A stretch of DNA of 64,000 bases from Spirulina sp. (GTDB lineage: Bacteria > Cyanobacteriota > Cyanobacteriia > Phormidesmidales > Phormidesmidaceae): NCBI GenBank assembly GCA_044070495.1, contig JBIPSI010000013.1, forward strand, positions 88,581 to 152,580. The letters are read 5' to 3'. The notes under the pieces were generated by a model. The model saw nothing but the letters and a program-made list of their open reading frames with translations. It was not told the origin of the DNA and did no database searches. Made by a program: the position numbers and the translations under genes. Shown here one piece after another: positions 9,812 through 19,653 of this stretch (positions within the stretch are counted from its first letter, which is position 1; the number at the start of each line of letters is the position of its first letter).

Positions 9812-9906
9812 GCCCTCACCCTAAATCCCTCTCCCTGGGGGAGAGGGACTTTGAAGGCCATTTCCGGCTCCCCTCTCCTCGTGGGAGAGGGGTTGGGGGT
9901 GAGGGC
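9812..9906. repeat. Cyanobacterial double-hairpin dispersed repeat (CCCTCACCC...GGGTGAGGG)
   Basis: Two CCCTCTCC/GGAGAGGG hairpins with inverted ends; relatives near 7824, 34661-34699 and inside the MITE at 59539. Confidence 0.8.
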
Positions 9907-9954
9907 TGGATCGTGGCCAAAGAGCACGTTTATGATCTACTAAAACTCCTAGAC

Positions 9955-11592
9955 CTAAATCAGGCAGCTTAGATCCTTGGTCTTTTGGCTGAACAGCAGG
10001 TTTTCCCGATAGTCTACGGGGCAGTCGATCACGGCGGGGACGTTGTCCTCCAGGGCCATCTTCAGGGTCGGGATCAGGTCTTCGGTGGATTCTACCCGAT
10101 AGCCCTTCAGGCCCATGCTTTCCGCCAGTTTGACGAAATCGGGGTTGCTGAAGTGGATGAAGGCCGACTCGCCGTAGTAGTTCATCTGCTTCCACTCAAT
10201 CAGGCCGTAGCCGCCATCGTTGAAGATCACCGTCACAAAGGCGGTGCCAATGCGGAGGGCAGTTTCGAGTTCCTGGCAGTTCATCATGAAGCCGCCGTCC
10301 CCCGTCACCGCCACCACCTTGCGGTTGGGATGCACCAATTTGGCCGCTAGCCCCCCCGGAATAGCGATGCCCATGGCGGCGAACCCGTTGGAAATCAGGC
10401 AGGTGTTGGGCCGCAGACAGTGGTAGTTGCGGGCCATCCACATTTTGTGGGCACCCACATCAGAAATCACGATGTCGTCGGGGCCAAGCACCTGGCGCAG
10501 GTCGTGGATCAGCTTTTGGGGCTTGACGGGGAAGCCGTAGTCGTCGGCGTACTGTTCGTAATCGGCCCGAATTTCGTCGCGAATTTTGAGGGCGGCGGGT
10601 TCAGGATAATTCTGGCGCTTCACCCGCTGCAAAATTTCGTGGAGGGAGTCGGAAATGTCGCCAATCACCTCCACTTTGGGGATGTAGCTGCTGTCGATTT
10701 CGGCGTGGGTGAGGTTGATGTGGAGGATGGGCAGCTTGCCGTCGGGGTTCCAGCGTTTGGGAGAATATTCCACCAGGTCGTAGCCCACGGCGATGATCAA
10801 GTCCGCCGCCTCCATGGCGCAGGTGATGAAGTCCCGCTGCTGGAGGCCGAAGGTCCACAGGGCCAGGGGATGGGTGTAGGGAATCACACCCTTGCCCATA
10901 AAAGTGTTGGCCACAGGGATATTGAGCTGGGTGGCAAACTCGGTGAGGGCTTCGCTGGAGCGGGAACGGATGGCCCCATTGCCCACCAAAATCATCGGGT
11001 TGCTGGCCTGGGAGATGGCCACCGCCGCCTGCTGAATGCTCTGCAAGGAGGCGTAGGTTTTTTCCTGGCTGTCCCGCCGCAGGGGTAACCCCTCCACGTC
11101 CATCTCAGCAATGTTTTCCGGCAGATCGATGTGAACCGCACCGGGCTTCTCCGACTGGGCCAGCTTGAAGGCTTTGCGAACAATTTCCGGCGTGTTGCTG
11201 GGCCGCACAATTTGGGCGTTCCACTTGGTTACCGGGGCAAACATCGCCACCAGATCAAGGTACTGGTGGGATTCAATGTGCATCCGATCCGTCCCCACCT
11301 GGCCCGTAATCGCCACCAGGGGAGCGCGATCCAGGGTCGCATCGGCCACCCCAGTCATCAAATTCGTGGCCCCCGGCCCCAGGGTAGACAGACACACCCC
11401 CGCCTTGCCCGTCAGCCGTCCGTAGACATCGGCCATAAACGCCGCCCCCTGCTCGTGGCGGGTGGTGATGAACTGAATCGACGACCGCCGCAGGGCTTGC
11501 AGGAGTTGGAGATTCTCCTCCCCCGGCAGGCCAAAAATGTACTCCACACCCTCATTTTCCAAACACTGAACCAACAATTCCGCAGTATTCAT
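9955..11592 (-). CDS. ogdA: TPP-dependent acetolactate-synthase-like enzyme, most likely 2-oxoglutarate decarboxylase
   Basis: MNTAELLVQCLENEGVEYIFGLPGEEN, RHEQGAAFMAD and TPP motif GDGGF; N-terminus resembles Synechocystis Sll1981-type OGDC as recalled; directly downstream of SSADH. Confidence 0.8.
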   Translation of the reverse strand: MNTAELLVQCLENEGVEYIFGLPGEENLQLLQALRRSSIQFITTRHEQGAAFMADVYGRLTGKAGVCLSTLGPGATNLMTGVADATLDRAPLVAITGQVGTDRMHIESHQYLDLVAMFAPVTKWNAQIVRPSNTPEIVRKAFKLAQSEKPGAVHIDLPENIAEMDVEGLPLRRDSQEKTYASLQSIQQAAVAISQASNPMILVGNGAIRSRSSEALTEFATQLNIPVANTFMGKGVIPYTHPLALWTFGLQQRDFITCAMEAADLIIAVGYDLVEYSPKRWNPDGKLPILHINLTHAEIDSSYIPKVEVIGDISDSLHEILQRVKRQNYPEPAALKIRDEIRADYEQYADDYGFPVKPQKLIHDLRQVLGPDDIVISDVGAHKMWMARNYHCLRPNTCLISNGFAAMGIAIPGGLAAKLVHPNRKVVAVTGDGGFMMNCQELETALRIGTAFVTVIFNDGGYGLIEWKQMNYYGESAFIHFSNPDFVKLAESMGLKGYRVESTEDLIPTLKMALEDNVPAVIDCPVDYRENLLFSQKTKDLSCLI

Positions 11593-11645
11593 AGCCCCTC
11601 GTAATGTGTTCTCAGACAATTGCGCTGTACTCGAAAGCTCTCCCA

Positions 11646-11666
11646 GTAGGGTGGGCACTGCCCACC
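11646..11666. repeat. REP-like palindrome GTAGGGTGGGCACTGCCCACC
   Basis: GTAG tetranucleotide plus hairpin; identical copy at 37546. Confidence 0.75.
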
Positions 11667-11717
11667 TTCACCCTCCTTAATTCTCGGAATCCCTCACCCT
11701 AACCCTCTTCTAGAGTT

Positions 11718-11895
11718 GATCCCCCTAATCCCCCTTGGAAAGGGGGACTTTGACTTCAGTTCCCCCCTTTTTAAGGGGGGCTAGAGGGGATCAGCCCTCA
11801 TTGCCAATTCTTGGAGATCCCCCTAAATCCCCCTTAGAAAGGGGGACTTTGACTTTAGTTCCCCCCTTTTTAAGGGGGGCTAGGGGGGATCAGCC
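11718..11895. repeat. Tandem pair of ~80-bp GATCCCCC...GGGGATC double-hairpin repeats
   Basis: Units 11718-11796 and 11816-11895 are nearly identical; the same core sits inside the MITE at 7855. Confidence 0.9.
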
Positions 11896-11896
11896 A

Positions 11897-13288
11897 TCAC
11901 TTCACCCAAACCGTCTTGGTATTGACGAATTCCAGGATGCCCTCGCGGCCCAGTTCGCGCCCATAGCCGGATCGTTTGATGCCGCCGAAGGGCAAGCGTG
12001 GGTCAGACTTGACAAAGCTGTTGATAAACACCGCCCCCGCCTCCAGTTCGTTAATCATCCGCTCCTGTTCGGCGGGGTCTTGGCTCCAGCCGCTAGCCCC
12101 CAGCCCTAGGGGGGTGGAGTTGGCGATCTGGATGGCTTCGTCCAGGCTGCTGACCCGGAACACCAGGGCCACGGGGCCAAAGAATTCCTCCTGGTCTGCC
12201 GGGGTGCCGGGGGGAATTTGGGTCAAAATCGTGGGCGGGAACCAGTTGCCGCTTTGGAATTCGGCGGGTAGGGTCGCCTTCAAGGCCGCGACATCACCGC
12301 CGATCAACGCCGTTGCCCCCTGGGCTAGGCAAGCCGTTACCTGCTGCTCCAATTCCTCACAAATCGAAGGCGTCGCCAGCGGCCCCACGGTGATGTCCTC
12401 GGCCATGGGGTCGCCCACGGTCAGGGCCGCAAACTTGTCCCGCAGTCCCGCTTCAAAGGCATCGGCAATCGCTTCGTGAACCAGGAACCGCTTGGCGGCA
12501 ATGCAGGACTGGCCATTGTTCAGCATCCGGGCGGTGGCGGCGGCGGCAATGGCTTCCTCCAAATGGGCGCTGGGCATCACCACAAAGGGGTCGGTACCCC
12601 CCAGTTCCAGCACGGTCTTTTTGATCTGGCGACCACAGGCCGACGCCAAGCTAGCCCCAGCGGGTTCGCTCCCGGTCAACGCCGCCGCCTTAATCCGGTC
12701 ATCGGCCACCAGCTTTTCAATGCGAGATGCCCCCATCAGCAGAGTTTGGAACGCCCCAACCGGAAAGCCCGCCTTTTGAAACACCTCCTCAATCGCCAAG
12801 GCGCACTGGGGCACATTGGACGCGTGCTTCAGCAACCCCACATTCCCCGCCATCAGCGCTGGGGCCGCAAAGCGAAACACCTGCCAAAAGGGGAAATTCC
12901 AAGGCATCACCGCCAGGATCGCCCCCAACGGCTGGTAGCGCACCAGGCTACGGCTGGCATCGGTGCTGGCGGGTACATCGGCCAGAAATTCCTCGGCGTG
13001 ATCGGCATAGAACCGACAGACCCAGGCGCTTTTTTCCACCTCCGCCACCGCCGCCAACCGGGGCTTGCCCATTTCTAGGGTCATCAGCTTAGCGTAGGCT
13101 TGCTTGTTGGTCTCTAGCACCGTCGCCGCCCCCCGCATCCACTCCGCCCGCTGACTGAAGGGGGTGTGGCGATAGGTCAAAAAAGTCTCCGCCGCCTGGG
13201 CGAGGTTGGCCTCCAGGTCGGCATCGCTGATGTCATCAAAAACCTGAATCGTGGCTCCGGTGGTTGGATTAATGCTGGCAATTCCCAT
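11897..13288 (-). CDS. ssaD: NAD(P)-dependent succinate-semialdehyde dehydrogenase
   Basis: MPWNFP, LKHASNVP, LTGSE, LELGG, catalytic GQSCIA, EEFFGP, PFGGIKRSGYGRE. Confidence 0.9.
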   Translation of the reverse strand: MGIASINPTTGATIQVFDDISDADLEANLAQAAETFLTYRHTPFSQRAEWMRGAATVLETNKQAYAKLMTLEMGKPRLAAVAEVEKSAWVCRFYADHAEEFLADVPASTDASRSLVRYQPLGAILAVMPWNFPFWQVFRFAAPALMAGNVGLLKHASNVPQCALAIEEVFQKAGFPVGAFQTLLMGASRIEKLVADDRIKAAALTGSEPAGASLASACGRQIKKTVLELGGTDPFVVMPSAHLEEAIAAAATARMLNNGQSCIAAKRFLVHEAIADAFEAGLRDKFAALTVGDPMAEDITVGPLATPSICEELEQQVTACLAQGATALIGGDVAALKATLPAEFQSGNWFPPTILTQIPPGTPADQEEFFGPVALVFRVSSLDEAIQIANSTPLGLGASGWSQDPAEQERMINELEAGAVFINSFVKSDPRLPFGGIKRSGYGRELGREGILEFVNTKTVWVK

Positions 13289-13733
13289 CCTTCGACCTCT
13301 GAAGTAGTGCGTAATGAGGTCAGCAACCCAGCACTGAACATCTCCCCGACAAACGGCGACCCACCACGCGCATCCAGACCCAAAAGACGACAGGGGAATC
13401 CCCCAAGGCTTGGCCCCGGCAGCGCCACAGTTGGCGAGTGCTGCCTTGCTGGTTCAGTGTTTAGCCGTCAACCTCTAATGTGTCGCTCAACAAAGAAATG
13501 TGCTTAAAAACACGGTTTCCCCTCATCCATCCTAGATCGGGTTTTCCCCAACTCGTGTTAAGCAATGATGACGGAAATTACGGAAAATCAACGAATTTGA
13601 GCCGCAATTTATCATTGTATACAACCTGAAAACCCTTGCCTAGATAGCCATTACGCCTATTCCTAAGCCTCGGTCTTGTCATTCTGTCCGCCAAAAATGA
13701 TCCCGAATCATCCCCAATGCCTGGTCTGACAGG

Positions 13734-14087
13734 GTGAGGTCAGCCCAACTGGATCGAGAGACCCTGGGCTGCGATGTTGAACCCTTTCGCGCCGCCGTCC
13801 ACCAGGGCGACTGGAAACTGGTTTGCCAAATTACCATCCCCTCCAAGACTAAACTGTTTAACATCGCCCAGGATCCTAGCGAGGAAACCAACCTGGCGGA
13901 TCGCAACCGCCGCATGGTAAACAAGCTCAAGCAACGGGTCGAAGCCGCATCCCAGGAAGCGGGATTTCCCCTAGTGCTTACAGCAGATCTAGGAACGGCG
14001 AAGAGTGCGCTGTTTTCCGCCGTTGCCACATCCAAGGAAGCGGCGGCCATCGATAACCTGCCATACCCCCTACTCCCGCTGGCCTAA
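13734..14087 (+). pseudogene. Probable arylsulfatase C-terminal fragment
   Basis: EPFRAAVHQGDWKLV...LFNIAQDPSEETNLA is a sulfatase C-terminal signature; no N-terminal catalytic CxPxR region upstream. Confidence 0.6.
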
Positions 14088-14120
14088 TATAGCCCGCAAC
14101 GCTAGCCGCTAAAATCCGCT

Positions 14121-14186
14121 TTTTAACGACTGAGGCTGACCTTATTGGTATAGCTTTGCACATACCTCAGCCTTTCAAACGTCCTC
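14121..14186. mobile_element. Diverged single end of the IS5-like MITE family found at 63047 and 63864
   Basis: ACGACTGAGGCTGACCT...GGTATA...TTTCAAACGTCCTC is shared with the right end of those elements. Confidence 0.7.
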
Positions 14187-14235
14187 TCAGATCCGTTTTT
14201 TAGACACCACGTCCAAGGAGCACCAATTCATGAAA

Positions 14236-14559
14236 TCAATAAAAAATAGCCAGCCAAATGGTTTCTTCCTCTGGTGTTGTCCACTTCACACGATGTTTTT
14301 GATGAGCTTCAATGTTTAGATGATCACCTTCTTCAAGTTCTATGATTTGATCCTCAAGCTCTAACAGTGCAGATCCTTTTAGAACCAGAATCCATTCCGA
14401 TTGATCTTGGTCATACCAAAAACCATCTTCAGATTTTTGACCTTTTGACAGGATTCTTTCGATCTTGATGGTTTTGTGTTGAAGGATAGTCTGGAAAACT
14501 TCGTCTGGAAGCTGGCGGGGAATGTCAGAAAATAGGTTGTGTTTGAATTCAGAGGTCAT
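14236..14559 (-). CDS. Cupin-domain protein (AT-rich gene)
   Basis: KIERILSKG, WYDQDQSEWILVLKGSA, IEAHQKHRVKWT, TIWLAIFY. Confidence 0.85.
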   Translation of the reverse strand: MTSEFKHNLFSDIPRQLPDEVFQTILQHKTIKIERILSKGQKSEDGFWYDQDQSEWILVLKGSALLELEDQIIELEEGDHLNIEAHQKHRVKWTTPEEETIWLAIFY

Positions 14560-14574
14560 TGCAATAGCGCCATA

Positions 14575-14723
14575 TATAGCGATTCCCAATGGAGTGAGAT
14601 ACACCGTTGCTGAGTTCTAGATCCCCCCAGTGCCTAGTTGTCTAAGTCTCACGCTATCCCCCCTTTTTAAGGGGGCAGGGGGGATCATAGCAATGTACTT
14701 TACCCATGTGACATCCGCTATAG
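14575..14723. mobile_element. ~150-bp MITE with TATAGCG-type termini, copy 1
   Basis: TATAGCGATTC...ATCCGCTATAG; alignable by eye to 48125, 50737 and 59475. Confidence 0.8.
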
Positions 14724-14760
14724 TCCTTATCAATTAAGCTTAAGAATCCATTAGAAACGG

Positions 14761-16269
14761 CTAATCTGGCGGGTCGTTGGGTGCTCCCGTGGGCCATAGC
14801 CCTTCGTCTTCCGAGGCTTCGGCGGCGCGGGGTGTGGGGATATTTTCCGCTGCGTAGAGGGGTGGAGTGGGCACCAGTTCGAGCTGGCGGGGGCGTTGGG
14901 GCTGGGCCGATAGCTGACGGCGTTGGGAAATGGCTTCCTCGGTGGTTTCTTCGGCCACCACTTCGTAGAGGATGGCCTGTTTGTTGCCGCTGCCCTTGCG
15001 CAGAATGCGGCCTAGGCGCTGGACATATTCGCGAGTGGAGCCACTACCAGAGAGCAAAATGGCGATGCGGGCATCGGGGACATCCACCCCTTCGTTCAGA
15101 ACATGGCTGACCACCAGGGTGGGGTAGTCGCCCTGTCGGAAGGCTTGCAGGATGGCGTGGCGCTCCTTCACTGGGGTTTGGTGGGTGATGGCGGGAATTA
15201 AAAAGTTTTGGGAAATGCGGTACACCGTGGCGTTGTCGTTGGTGAAGACCAGGGTGCGTTCCGGGTGGTGTTGGGCCAAGAGATCTTCCAACACCCGCAG
15301 CTTACCTTCGGTGCCAAGGGCGATGGTTTTGGCCTCTCGGTGGGCGAGCATAGCCCGCCGTCCGGCCTGGGATTGGGCACTGGCCCGCACAAACCGCTGC
15401 CAGCCCTGGGCGGAACTGAGCCAGATGTTAGCCTCCTGCAAAAAGCGGTTGCGTTGGGCGATCAGGTGATCGTAGCGGCGGCGCTCCTGGTTGGAGAGCT
15501 TCACCTTAATCGGCACAATCTCGAAGGGGGCAAGGGCTTGACCCGATAGATCCGCCGCTGATTTCTCGTAGACCACAGATCCCAGCAGGTGGGCTAGGTC
15601 TTCGTGGCGACCATCGGCCCGGTCGGGGGTGGCGGTGAGGCCCAGGCGGTAGGGGGCGATGGAATATTCCGCAATCACGCGGTTAAAGTCGCTGGGCAGG
15701 TGGTGGCATTCGTCGCAAATCAGTAGGGCGTATTGGTTGCCCAAGCTTTCGGCGTGGATGGCAGCACTATCGTAGGTGGCGACCAAAATGGGGCTGCGAT
15801 CCTTCGACCCACCACCCAACAGCCCCACCTCCACATCGGGGAAAGCGGCCTCTAGGTGGGCATACCACTGGTGCATCAAATCCAGCGTGGGCACGGTGAT
15901 CAGGGTGCTGCGGGGGGTAGCCTGCATTGCCATTTGGGCCAGGTAGGTCTTGCCGGAGGCCGTGGGCAGCACCACCACCCCTCGCCAACGGTTCCCGACC
16001 CAGGCCGCTAGGGCCTCCCGCTGGTGGGGGTAGGGCTCCATCGCCAGTTTGGGCGCTAAATCCAAGGGCTGAAAGGTTTGGGCCTGGTCGTTAAAGCTCA
16101 CCTGATCTGCCCGCAGGGTTTCCACCAGGGCACGGTACTGATGGGCCGGAACCCGGAACTTCTCCACCCGGTCATCCCAATGGGCAAAATCCATCCAGCC
16201 CTTACCCCGTGGGGGCGGATGCAAGATCAACGTGCCCCGGTCGTAGGTGAGGGTGGGGGTACGGCCCAT
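14761..16269 (-). CDS. Superfamily II DEAD/DEAH helicase (XPB/Rad25-like)
   Basis: LPTASGKT, DECHH, GLTATP, LNEGVDVP, QRLGRILR. Confidence 0.9.
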   Translation of the reverse strand: MGRTPTLTYDRGTLILHPPPRGKGWMDFAHWDDRVEKFRVPAHQYRALVETLRADQVSFNDQAQTFQPLDLAPKLAMEPYPHQREALAAWVGNRWRGVVVLPTASGKTYLAQMAMQATPRSTLITVPTLDLMHQWYAHLEAAFPDVEVGLLGGGSKDRSPILVATYDSAAIHAESLGNQYALLICDECHHLPSDFNRVIAEYSIAPYRLGLTATPDRADGRHEDLAHLLGSVVYEKSAADLSGQALAPFEIVPIKVKLSNQERRRYDHLIAQRNRFLQEANIWLSSAQGWQRFVRASAQSQAGRRAMLAHREAKTIALGTEGKLRVLEDLLAQHHPERTLVFTNDNATVYRISQNFLIPAITHQTPVKERHAILQAFRQGDYPTLVVSHVLNEGVDVPDARIAILLSGSGSTREYVQRLGRILRKGSGNKQAILYEVVAEETTEEAISQRRQLSAQPQRPRQLELVPTPPLYAAENIPTPRAAEASEDEGLWPTGAPNDPPD

Positions 16270-16368
16270 GGGTTCATCGTTCGTCTTAGTTCATCGTAAC
16301 GTTCTGCACCCAAGGCAGGTGCAACGAAGACTGTCGTGCGGTCTGGATCCGGCCCAACAGCGGAAACC

Positions 16369-16680
16369 CTAAACCCGGAACGGCTCGGATTGGGGCGTGA
16401 ATTCGATGGGCAGCACCGCTTCCACGTTTTCTTGAGGATTGGGGATGATGATGTGGGTGGTCACCTCGGCGTAGCCCGGACAGGCATTGGCCGCTTCTAG
16501 CCCTGCCGCAACGGCCCGGTTCACTTCGCCGATGGGGCCACGCACCGCCACAAATTGCCGCCCACTTTCGGAACGGTCGTACTTGGTTAACGTCACCCGT
16601 CCGGCCTTGACCATGGCATCGGCGGCGGCCAAAACCGCCGGAAAGGTTTGGGTTTCAATTACGCCAACCGCAATGGTCAT
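16369..16680 (-). CDS. ccmK: Carboxysome shell BMC-H protein (CcmK3/CcmK6-like paralogue)
   Basis: AVGVIET...AADAMVKAGRVTL...VAVRG...PNPQENVEAVLPI. Confidence 0.88.
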   Translation of the reverse strand: MTIAVGVIETQTFPAVLAAADAMVKAGRVTLTKYDRSESGRQFVAVRGPIGEVNRAVAAGLEAANACPGYAEVTTHIIIPNPQENVEAVLPIEFTPQSEPFRV

Positions 16681-16733
16681 CAGGGGTATCCTTGGGGGGT
16701 CAAAAGAACGCTACACCCACTATACCCTGAGGG

Positions 16734-17321
16734 CTAGACCTTAATGCCGCTGGGTTCTCCGGGGGCGGCGATGATGCGATCACAGCCTGATTCAGGTTTG
16801 GCCCAGTCGTAGTGGCAGTCCTTAGGATCGCCCCAGCAGAGGGTGAGGTAAATTTCGGTACGAGCCGCCGCAAGTTCCGCCCATTCGCAGGCGGCAATCA
16901 GGGCTTCTACTTGGTTGAGGGAGATGGGCCGGGCCGGACGACCCGCCAGCCAGAGTGTCAATTTGGGAACAGCCGCTCGCCAAAATTGAACAATGGCGGG
17001 CTTGGCGGCGGTGAGGGTGAGCTTATCGTCGGGGGTGGCAATTAGTTGGGGATGCAGTTCCGGCACCCGCAGACTTTGGCCCTGGAAATGACAGGTGTGC
17101 CACACCAAACCAGAGACCCCGTGCTGCCGCTGATAGTCGTGGATCTGCGCTCGAAAATCCTGAATCGCAAACACCTTACTGAGCTGATTGGCCCCCAACG
17201 CCTTGGCAATGACTGGGTTATCCAGCCGCTGATCGGAGGACAGCACCACCCGTTCGCCCCGCCAGGTGGCCCGTAGTTCTTGATCTAAAAACGCCAGCAG
17301 TTGTTCGGTGGTGTAGGTCAT
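16734..17321 (-). CDS. Hypothetical protein
   Basis: 195-aa ORF with ATG start, co-directional with its neighbours. Confidence 0.75.
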   Translation of the reverse strand: MTYTTEQLLAFLDQELRATWRGERVVLSSDQRLDNPVIAKALGANQLSKVFAIQDFRAQIHDYQRQHGVSGLVWHTCHFQGQSLRVPELHPQLIATPDDKLTLTAAKPAIVQFWRAAVPKLTLWLAGRPARPISLNQVEALIAACEWAELAAARTEIYLTLCWGDPKDCHYDWAKPESGCDRIIAAPGEPSGIKV

Positions 17322-17485
17322 AGTTGGCCTTTGCCGTAGGGATGCCCGCTCAGCGATAGACCCATCCTAGCAAGGGGGCTAGGGCAATTTTGTGGCCCAC
17401 TATAGTTTTATGGCCTCAGTAGATCGTAAACAGGCTCTTCGTGTCGTAAGGACTTTGTGATTCCCACCGTACCCAACCCACGCCT

Positions 17486-18421
17486 CTACAGCCTGGCCAG
17501 TCGCTCGGTTAACATCTGGTAGAAAGCGGGGGCGTTGGGCGTCTCGATGACCGTAGCATTGGCGGGTCTGTCCTCAGCCAGGTGGGGATCGGCGACGGTA
17601 CGGCCCAGACAGAGGGAGCTATCGGTTTCGATGGCCAGGTGCATCGGGCGACCTGCAAAGAGATCGGGCTGAAGCAGGTAGGCGATCACGCAGGGATCGT
17701 GGAGGGGCGCACCCGCTAGGCCGTAGCATTCGCCCTCCCGCTGGCCGTAATGGCGCAATAGTCCAGAGGCGGATCGGCCTACGGGGGTGCCCAAGGCTTC
17801 CAGGGCTGCGAGGCGTTCGGAAGTAGTAATCACCTGATGGGTCACGTCGAGGGGAATCAGCGTGAAATTTAGCCCCGCTTCCACCACCACCCTAGCGGCG
17901 TGGGGATCGGCATAGATATTGAACTCGGCGTTGGGGGTGACGTTGCCTCGGCCCAGGGCACCCCCCATGGCCACCACCTGATCAATCGTTTGGGCAATCT
18001 CAGGGGCCTGAATCAGCGCCACCGCCAGGTTGGTGAGGGGGCCAAGGGTAGCCAGGGTGATTGGCTCCTGGGCCGCTTTGCACTGGTCAATTAAGAAACC
18101 AACGGCATGCTGGGGCTGCAAGGGCTGGGTCGGTTCCAGCAATTCAGCCCCATCCAAACCCGTTTGGCCATGGACATGCTCGGCGGTGACGGGGGCGCGT
18201 AGGATGGGTCGAGGACATCCGGCATAGATAGGCACCTCCTGTCGCTGGGCCAGTTGGCAAACGCGACGGGCGTTGTACTGGGTCAAATCTAGGGGAACAT
18301 TGCCAGCCACGGTGGTAATGCCCAGTAGGTTGAAATCCTCAGGGCTGGCCAAGGCGAGGAGGAGGGCAATGGCATCGTCAACGCCAGGGTCGCAGTCAAT
18401 GATCAGGGGTCGCCGTACCAT
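17486..18421 (-). CDS. Inosine/uridine-preferring nucleoside hydrolase
   Basis: DCDPGVDD, TVAGN, GPLTN, AEFNIYADP, LHDP. Confidence 0.93.
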   Translation of the reverse strand: MVRRPLIIDCDPGVDDAIALLLALASPEDFNLLGITTVAGNVPLDLTQYNARRVCQLAQRQEVPIYAGCPRPILRAPVTAEHVHGQTGLDGAELLEPTQPLQPQHAVGFLIDQCKAAQEPITLATLGPLTNLAVALIQAPEIAQTIDQVVAMGGALGRGNVTPNAEFNIYADPHAARVVVEAGLNFTLIPLDVTHQVITTSERLAALEALGTPVGRSASGLLRHYGQREGECYGLAGAPLHDPCVIAYLLQPDLFAGRPMHLAIETDSSLCLGRTVADPHLAEDRPANATVIETPNAPAFYQMLTERLARL

Positions 18422-18534
18422 GGGTTGGCTCCAAGGTTGAATAGTGGCTCAGGCGGAAATCGTCCGTCGGCAATAGTCGGTCTTCCGCCCTCTGCAACGG
18501 TACTGGACGGCTGCTAACGTAAGATTATCCTACG

Positions 18535-19653
18535 TTGCGTTGGGGTATCGCCTTGGCCTGGATTGCGTCGTCTCGTTCCGTCTGTCTTGCGTTGGCCAGT
18601 GCGCTTTTGGCCACGGGTTGTGCTGGCGGTTCCTTTGGAGATGCCGTCCAGCAATCCCTGGAGGCCGATCCCCAACTGCAAGCCCAATTTCCCGCTGATG
18701 ACGAAGCTGCCCAGGAAGAATCGACCTCGGACGATTCCGCCCCTCCAGGGGTCACCGATGTAGACGGGGCGGCGGATGGGGCTAGCGCCGATTCGTTAGC
18801 TTCCACCGGATCCGCGTCTAATCAGGATTCAACGAATACTAGGCCAATACCGGGCGATCCGGCCTTCATTGGCCCTCCGCCCCCAGCCAGTTGGGGGGAA
18901 TCTAAACCCGATGGTGCAGCGGAGAGCGCAGGGGAACCGCCAACCCAGATTGCCGATGCCAACACCCTCCTTGCCGAAGTACCCGCCGATCTCAAACCCT
19001 ACGTGCAGGACTGGCTGACCCTGGGGATCACCGCTGGGGAGGGCTTTGCAGATATTCCCTTTCAGCCCAGCCGCACCATTACCCGTGGGGAATATGCCCA
19101 CTGGCTGTTTGCCGCCAATAATCAGTTTTATCGCGATCAGCCCACCAAACGAATTCGTCCCGGTTCGCCCAACAGCACCCCCGCCTTCCAGGATGTGCCC
19201 CCCGGTCATCCCTATTTCGCCGCCATTCAGGGGTTAGCCGAAGCGGGGATCATTCCCAGCGCCCTCAGTGGCAATGCCGTCGCCGTTACCTTTCGCCCCG
19301 ACGATACCCTCACCCGCGAAAGCCTGCTGCTGTGGAAGGTGCCCCTCGATACCCGCACCGTGCTGCCCGTGGCCACGGTGGAGGCGGTGCAAGCGGCCTG
19401 GGGGTTCCAGGATGCTGCGGAAATCGAACCCCTAGCCCTACGCGCCGTCCTGGCGGATCGCCAAACCGGAGACTTTGCCAACATTCTGCGGGCCTTTGGC
19501 TTCACAACGCTCTTTCAGCCGAAGCGAGCCGTTTCCCAGGCCGAAGCCGCCGCCGTGCTCTGGCGATTTGGCCACCAAACCGAGGGGGTCTCGGTTCAGG
19601 ATGTGATCCGACGGGGCTCCGCCGCCGAAGCAACCAGCCCAGACCAGCGCTAG
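18535..19653 (+). CDS. S-layer homology (SLH) domain lipoprotein
   Basis: Lipobox LATGC, acidic linker, FQPSRTITRGE, FQDVPPGHPYFAAIQGLAEAGII, FRPDDTLTRE. Confidence 0.85.
   Translation: MRWGIALAWIASSRSVCLALASALLATGCAGGSFGDAVQQSLEADPQLQAQFPADDEAAQEESTSDDSAPPGVTDVDGAADGASADSLASTGSASNQDSTNTRPIPGDPAFIGPPPPASWGESKPDGAAESAGEPPTQIADANTLLAEVPADLKPYVQDWLTLGITAGEGFADIPFQPSRTITRGEYAHWLFAANNQFYRDQPTKRIRPGSPNSTPAFQDVPPGHPYFAAIQGLAEAGIIPSALSGNAVAVTFRPDDTLTRESLLLWKVPLDTRTVLPVATVEAVQAAWGFQDAAEIEPLALRAVLADRQTGDFANILRAFGFTTLFQPKRAVSQAEAAAVLWRFGHQTEGVSVQDVIRRGSAAEATSPDQR

Noticed and set aside
9955..11592. ilvB biosynthetic acetolactate synthase
   Set aside because: Sequence pattern and ssaD adjacency fit 2-oxoglutarate decarboxylase better; no ilvN nearby
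11718..11895. Repeat pair as a mini-CRISPR, and ORF 11735-12109 as a gene
   Set aside because: The units are ~80-bp dispersed hairpin repeats; the ORF is translated repeat plus antisense ssaD
13978..14163. Possible transposase N-terminus (MCKAIP...) inside the IS-like end
   Set aside because: No recognisable IS5 transposase motif follows; only the terminal sequence is supported
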